DNA of 64,000 nucleotides from Candidatus Nanoarchaeia archaeon (GTDB lineage Archaea; Nanobdellota; Nanobdellia; Woesearchaeales; GW2011-AR9): NCBI GenBank assembly GCA_035290865.1, contig DATDTM010000018.1, positions 11,763 to 75,762 of the forward strand, read 5' to 3'. Shown piece by piece: positions 59,145 to 64,000 of this stretch (position 1 is its first letter; each line of letters starts with the position of its first letter). The notes under the pieces were generated by a model. It saw only the letters and a program-made list of their open reading frames with translations, ran no database searches and was not told where the DNA came from. The position numbers and the translations under genes were made by a program.

Positions 59145-60597
59145 ACTTTAATATCCTTTTAATAAAATCAAAGTCTTCTGGATTAAATTCCCGGAATAAA
59201 AATAGAATAAAAAGATAGACGATTATCAAAACACTATATTGTACTATGAGCCAGAATCCGCTGCTTTTCCAGATTAGGCCCAAGAGGAAGATAAAAGCTG
59301 AGGCGAAAATAATATTTAACAGAGAATTAAAAGGTAAAGTAAAAGAAAGCTTATGATGAACATAAATCCCTGAAATTAAAGCAGTTAAAAACATGGTAAT
59401 CAAGAGAGAGTAAGCGGCACCAATCAAGCCAAAATTACGGGTAAAGATTAAATTCAATGAAAATAAAAAGAATAAAGCTGCAATTCCAATAAATAGTTCC
59501 ACTTTTGGTTTACCTAGACCAATAATAACCCCCATAAAACTAGTCATAATTATTAAGAAAACTGAAGATACAATTAAAATATTTAGAACTGTTCCCGCAG
59601 AAGAATATTCTAAAGGATAAAATAAGGTAACTAATTGGATGGATGTAGGAACTACTAAAGCCACGATCGGAATTAAAATAAGTAAGAGGTAACGAAAAGA
59701 ACCGGAGACATACTTTTGAGCTAAAGAAAAGTTCTGTTCGGAAACCGCTTTGGAAATGGAAGGGATCAAGGTAAAAAACAAAGAAGCGAAAATTAGAATC
59801 GGAACATTGGCAAAAGTATTTGCAGCAGTATATATAGCTACTTGCAAATTGTCCTGAAGAAAAGACTTAACCAGCAGTAGATTAACGTTTCTAAGCAGAG
59901 ACAAAATTAGAGATGAGGCGATTAAAGGCAGAGAGAAATAAAATAATTCTCTCAGGCAATCTTTTTGTTCTGACTGGCGGACAGGAAGAGAAAGAACATT
60001 TTTTTTATTTTCATTTAATATTAATATAACTAAAATTAAAGGGATTAGAATAGACAAAATTAACCCGGCCAGAAATCCATATAATTTAAAACCAAGTAAG
60101 ACAAAAACAGAAGTAAAAAAAGCTTTTAAAGCCACATGGATAACACTGATCAAAGCTTGTTTTTTAAACATCCGAAGGCCGTTCAAGTAGCCGGTCCAGT
60201 GCAAAGATAGTAAAGTGAAAGGGATTATAATCAAACCCATAAAGATTAAATAGGACTTTAATCCTAAATCTCCCAGCAGCCAAGAAATCTGGTCCACAAA
60301 TAAAAGATAAATCAGAGTAAAGATAAGAGATAGGGACAATTGGAGTTTTAAAGAAGAATTAGTTATGGAAAGATAAGAAAACTTTTTCTCGGCAATAAAC
60401 TTAGAAACAGCGCTGGTCATCCCAGTACTTAAAAAAGTGCCTAGAATCATGTAAACTGAAATTAAGACTCCGAAAATACCATATAATTCCGGGCTCAATT
60501 TATGGGCTAAAAAGACATGCAAAAAAAAATTTGCCCCTAAAGTGGCCATTCCTGCCAGAATCAGATATACAGTTCCCATTCCCATAACCTTGGTCAT
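59137..60597 (-). CDS. polysaccharide flippase, MOP superfamily (Wzx-like), second copy
   Basis: 486 aa, ~14 TM. Confidence 0.7.
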   Translation of the reverse strand: MTKVMGMGTVYLILAGMATLGANFFLHVFLAHKLSPELYGIFGVLISVYMILGTFLSTGMTSAVSKFIAEKKFSYLSITNSSLKLQLSLSLIFTLIYLLFVDQISWLLGDLGLKSYLIFMGLIIIPFTLLSLHWTGYLNGLRMFKKQALISVIHVALKAFFTSVFVLLGFKLYGFLAGLILSILIPLILVILILNENKKNVLSLPVRQSEQKDCLRELFYFSLPLIASSLILSLLRNVNLLLVKSFLQDNLQVAIYTAANTFANVPILIFASLFFTLIPSISKAVSEQNFSLAQKYVSGSFRYLLLILIPIVALVVPTSIQLVTLFYPLEYSSAGTVLNILIVSSVFLIIMTSFMGVIIGLGKPKVELFIGIAALFFLFSLNLIFTRNFGLIGAAYSLLITMFLTALISGIYVHHKLSFTLPFNSLLNIIFASAFIFLLGLIWKSSGFWLIVQYSVLIIVYLFILFLFREFNPEDFDFIKRILKFN

Positions 60598-60753
60598 TTT
60601 TAAAGTTAAATTCTACTCTTGGTCACTCTGGTCATAATAAAAAAGCGGTTAAACGCTTTTTAAATCTTCTCACAGATGGTTCTATAATTAGAGACACTTA
60701 GTAAATTAAAACTATTCTTTTAAAAAAAAGCAAGAAGCATTCTAATCGTAAAT

Positions 60754-60817
60754 AAAAAATCCCAATCGCAGCAAGCAACGGAGTATAATACCCATTTGAG
60801 GAATTAAATACTTTTAA
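60754..60817 (+). repeat. structured repeat, copy 4: internally deleted subtype-A element (first ~25 nt joined to last ~40 nt)
   Basis: aaaaaatcccaatcgcagca|agcaacggagtataatacccatttgaggaattaa. Deletion junction at the short repeat gca/agcaac. Confidence 0.7.
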
Positions 60818-60819
60818 AT

Positions 60820-61692
60820 TTATTTACGAGAACAGAATAGATTAAGATTAACTTTCTGGTCTGGATTATACCAATCTAAGGTGCTAGCAGAGAACGGAAT
60901 AATCTCCTGGTTTTCTTCAGCAATGAAATAAACTTTAAATCCCTGTTCTCGGATAAATTGAACAAATTGTTCAGGAGTGAGTTTAATCTGCTCTAAGAAT
61001 ATCGGAACCATTTCAGTGATGATCTGGAAGCTCTTACTTCTTTTCAAAAGCAAGGGCATCCCGCTTAAAGCTTCAAATTCTCCCCCTTCAATGTCAATTT
61101 TAGCAAAATGAATAGAAATATCTTTAAAATAATCGTCTAAGCGTATAGTTTCTACGGAGACATAATCTTCGCCAGAATATTTATTCTTACGGATAGAATG
61201 GTGGGTCGATCTTTCCTTCCCAAGATAAAGTTTTACCTTTCCGGAAGAATTAGATACTGCTTTTTGTTCCATAATTACGTTTTTATAACCGTTGATCCCG
61301 ACATTCCTCTTCAGAAGTGCAAAGTTGGCTGGATCCGCTTCGAAAGCATAGACCTTGCCCTGTTCGCCAACTAATTTGGCTAAAATTAAGGTATAATATC
61401 CGATATGCGCTCCAATATCCACCACAATGTCCCCTTTCTTAACAATTTTCTTAATCAGTTGGGTGATGAAAGGCTCGTAATACCCACGAGTAGATAGACG
61501 CATAGAATCATCCGGGTCTAAGAATATTTTATCTCCTTCAAGTATAATATAATCTGAACTAAGCTTTTTCACTAGAAATCTGTTTAACTGTCTTAAAAAA
61601 GAAGGTCTAATATTGAATTTAGTACAGAAATGATGTCCTTTTTGATATAAATAGAGAATTTTCTCTCTGGTTTTGGTCATAGTCTTAATCAT
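60820..61692 (-). CDS. FkbM-family methyltransferase
   Basis: GDIVVDIGAHIGYYTLILAKLVGEQGKVYAFEADPANFALLKRNV. Confidence 0.75.
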   Translation of the reverse strand: MIKTMTKTREKILYLYQKGHHFCTKFNIRPSFLRQLNRFLVKKLSSDYIILEGDKIFLDPDDSMRLSTRGYYEPFITQLIKKIVKKGDIVVDIGAHIGYYTLILAKLVGEQGKVYAFEADPANFALLKRNVGINGYKNVIMEQKAVSNSSGKVKLYLGKERSTHHSIRKNKYSGEDYVSVETIRLDDYFKDISIHFAKIDIEGGEFEALSGMPLLLKRSKSFQIITEMVPIFLEQIKLTPEQFVQFIREQGFKVYFIAEENQEIIPFSASTLDWYNPDQKVNLNLFCSRK

Positions 61693-61696
61693 CCAC

Positions 61697-62539
61697 TCAA
61701 AAATAAAACTCTCTCTGTTTAAAGCAATTTTTCCAGAGATATAACCTTCCTTTCGCTAGACCTAACCAAGTGAAAGGCAATAATTTTAAGTCCTCAAAAC
61801 TATGAAAAGGTCTTGCGATTAAAATTAGGGGGGGAAAAATTACACTAAACAGCATATCTGGCCGGATTATCCTATATTTAATATCTCTCTCCTGATGATG
61901 TTTTATTTGACTGATTAATTTACCATAAAAGTAATTTTTATATCTTTTTAACTCGTCTTTAGGCGTACGAAAAATAGTCTGATGAATCACTAGCATATTA
62001 GAAGAAAAAGTCTTCTGCCCTCCCTGCCCCAAAATTCGATAACATAAGTCTTTATCTTCACCGTACATGGCAAATTCTTCATCAAAACCGCCAACTGCTT
62101 TTAAAACTGAACGTTTAAAGCCAAGATTACAAGTAAAGAAATAGTCTTTCCCGCTCATGACTCGATCTTTAAAGGTGGGGGAAGAATTTTCATACAAAGT
62201 CCAGCCGGTGATAAAATCATAATCTTGGATACCCTTAACTCCTGATTCCAGCCAATTTAAAGTGGGAATACAATCAGAATCGGTGAAGAAAATTAAATTG
62301 CCTTTACTATTCTGAATCCCAATATTTCTGCTTTTGGCAATACCTAAATTATTTGGATTATGCACTATCCTGATTCTTTTATCTTGGTAAGAGCTAAGAA
62401 TATCCCGAGAATTATCTGTGGAACAGTCATTAACAATAACTAACTCAAAATCTGTATAGGTTTGGTCTAGAACTGCATCTAAACAGCGCTGCAGAGTTTT
62501 TTCTGCATTATAGACTAAGACAATAACTGAGACAGCCAT
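61697..62539 (-). CDS. family 2 glycosyltransferase
   Basis: VSVIVLVYNAEKTL...LVIVNDCSTDNS...FTDSDC. Confidence 0.8.
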   Translation of the reverse strand: MAVSVIVLVYNAEKTLQRCLDAVLDQTYTDFELVIVNDCSTDNSRDILSSYQDKRIRIVHNPNNLGIAKSRNIGIQNSKGNLIFFTDSDCIPTLNWLESGVKGIQDYDFITGWTLYENSSPTFKDRVMSGKDYFFTCNLGFKRSVLKAVGGFDEEFAMYGEDKDLCYRILGQGGQKTFSSNMLVIHQTIFRTPKDELKRYKNYFYGKLISQIKHHQERDIKYRIIRPDMLFSVIFPPLILIARPFHSFEDLKLLPFTWLGLAKGRLYLWKNCFKQREFYF

Positions 62540-63525
62540 TCTACACTCCGCATATATTTAGTATTAATAAAACAAGCATGAGTACAAACACATTTAGTAA
62601 TCTGGGTTCTTCTTAGTTCAGCTTCAGGACTGAACCACAATCGATTGAAATCATAATCATAATCTTTAATAGTGCCTATCGATGCGGTCAATTCGCAGAG
62701 GAATACTTTTCCATCATAATCCAAAACTGCCGTATTCAACCCAGCATCACAAATAAAACCCCGTTTTCCATTTAAAGCAGAACAATACATCTTGGTTAGA
62801 GAACGCATGGCTATTTTTCGATGCGTATTTTTAAGAATATTTGTTTTGTTATTGTTAAAAGAATAATTATTCCCATAAAAAGTTCGATGTTGACGCAACT
62901 CTTTAACTAAACTTTCCCATTCTTCTGCGGTTGGCGCGCGAAACTTACTATCTTTGGGCGTGCCCCTTACAGGAGTAATAGAATAATGTACCCCGATCTC
63001 GTTTAATACTTTAGCAATCACACTGATTTCTTCATAATTCTGATTAGAGACTGTAATCATAGCCATTGGGGTAAAATTACACTCTTTTTTCAACTCTACC
63101 AAAGCTTTAAGCAATTCGATAGAATGATCATAACAATCTAATCCCCGAATACGATTATGGGTCTCTTTCAACCCCTCAATTGAAACATAAATTCTTAATT
63201 TACATTGATGATGCAATCTGTGCACAAAAGCTAAAGCTTCTTCTTTCATCGAGCCATTAGTGGGCACAGAAATCAATTTAGTCTTATTTTTTTGGATAAA
63301 ATATTCACAAATCTCGGCTAAATCTTTTCTGAGAAAAGGTTCTCCTCCAGAAATTAACAAAGTGTTAAGTTTACCAATACTATCAGCAATTTTTTTAATT
63401 TCGTCAAAAGACATCACTTCTTCTTTATTCAAGCTCTTCCAATAAAAACAATGATTACAGCGGTAATTACAGCGATTAGTTACAAAGAAAATTAATTTTC
63501 TTATTTTATTTTTTTTAGGGCTCAT
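62515..63525 (-). CDS. radical SAM enzyme with SPASM domain
   Basis: VTNRCNYRCNHCFYW. GGEPFL. C-terminal CxxC...C cluster (CDAGL...CELT...CVCTHAC). Confidence 0.75.
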   Translation of the reverse strand: MSPKKNKIRKLIFFVTNRCNYRCNHCFYWKSLNKEEVMSFDEIKKIADSIGKLNTLLISGGEPFLRKDLAEICEYFIQKNKTKLISVPTNGSMKEEALAFVHRLHHQCKLRIYVSIEGLKETHNRIRGLDCYDHSIELLKALVELKKECNFTPMAMITVSNQNYEEISVIAKVLNEIGVHYSITPVRGTPKDSKFRAPTAEEWESLVKELRQHRTFYGNNYSFNNNKTNILKNTHRKIAMRSLTKMYCSALNGKRGFICDAGLNTAVLDYDGKVFLCELTASIGTIKDYDYDFNRLWFSPEAELRRTQITKCVCTHACFINTKYMRSVEWLSQLLS

Positions 63526-63656
63526 GGTGGGGAACAGTACTCCTATTCTGAAATAAAGTAGGATAATCTTTATTTCTTTTAAAAATATTATGGAAAGCTG
63601 TATCCATTAAAGCTACACCATCAATTTAAGTAAGAACCGGTTAAGAGGAAGACAAA

Positions 63657-64000
63657 TTAAATGGTTATTTTTTTCTTCCCCAACTCATGCTTCCTAATCC
63701 TCCAATATTGTAGTGCTAGTCTTCGAAGCAGTTCTAGAGTTAAAATGAGTGCATAAACCCATAGGGTTAATTCTGCATATCCAAAGAGAACCCCCCAAAA
63801 CATAAAGTTTAAAGGATTGTCCATCAGAAAGAAGTCTACTATCCAAGCCACAATTCTATTTTGCTGACTTTTCATGGAAAACTGCTCTCCATAGACGATG
63901 GTTTCCATTTCTTTGCGCATTTCTAAATTAGAAACCCAGATACCGTTCATGGTGATGGCTTTGGATAATAAATAAGAGAATACTCCTAAAGCACTAACCA
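63657..64000 (-). CDS. membrane protein, partial (N-terminus lies beyond the window end)
   Basis: The reading frame stays open upstream of the track ATG (…VSALGVFSYLLSKAITMNGIW…). Hydrophobic helices. Confidence 0.4.
   Translation of the reverse strand, partial: VSALGVFSYLLSKAITMNGIWVSNLEMRKEMETIVYGEQFSMKSQQNRIVAWIVDFFLMDNPLNFMFWGVLFGYAELTLWVYALILTLELLRRLALQYWRIRKHELGKKKITI

Overview
The window is AT-rich (roughly one-third G+C by eye) and is almost entirely a cell-surface glycan / sugar-nucleotide biosynthesis island, probably from an archaeon (possibly DPANN-like) or another small-genome lineage. Supporting points for that origin are a TrmB-family regulator, an intein, a mix of SD-led and leaderless starts, and TAG used as an ordinary stop; none of this is decisive. 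Coding density is very high on both strands. The content is about 60 genes. Glycosyltransferases: five GT2 (DPM1/ArnC/GtrB-like), one GT4, and three or four large GT-C (ArnT/PMT-like, TDEMI motif) membrane transferases. Transport and flipping: two Wzx-like flippases, a GtrA-like protein and two MFS transporters. Sugar-nucleotide tailoring enzymes: two Gfo/Idh/MocA oxidoreductases, two Zn-dependent MDR dehydrogenases, an RPE-family epimerase and a xylose-isomerase-like TIM-barrel enzyme. Three LicC-like nucleotidyltransferase ORFs, one of them a tandem double-domain fusion. An intact GDP-mannose 4,6-dehydratase plus a disrupted paralog. A DegT/ArnB-type aminotransferase interrupted by an intein. 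An FdtA-like cupin, a sugar N-formyltransferase, a C-methyltransferase and several class I/FkbM methyltransferases. An AsnB-like amidotransferase. Five radical SAM enzymes, two with B12-binding domains and three SPASM/twitch-type. Embedded in the island are a HEPN-MNT toxin-antitoxin pair and one IS element (rve/DDE transposase, imperfect terminal inverted repeats (TIRs), 16-bp target-site duplications (TSDs)). A previously unrecognised ~155-nt highly structured repeat is present in four copies, two of which flank a 5-formyl-THF cyclo-ligase gene next to folD. There is a TrmB-regulated module of a radical SAM enzyme, a CDA-fold deaminase, a PRTase, two paralogous unknown proteins and a methyltransferase. 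Finally there is an unusual pyruvate-kinase-domain::ATP-sulfurylase fusion translationally coupled to a CysQ-like phosphatase. No rRNA, tRNA or CRISPR array was seen.
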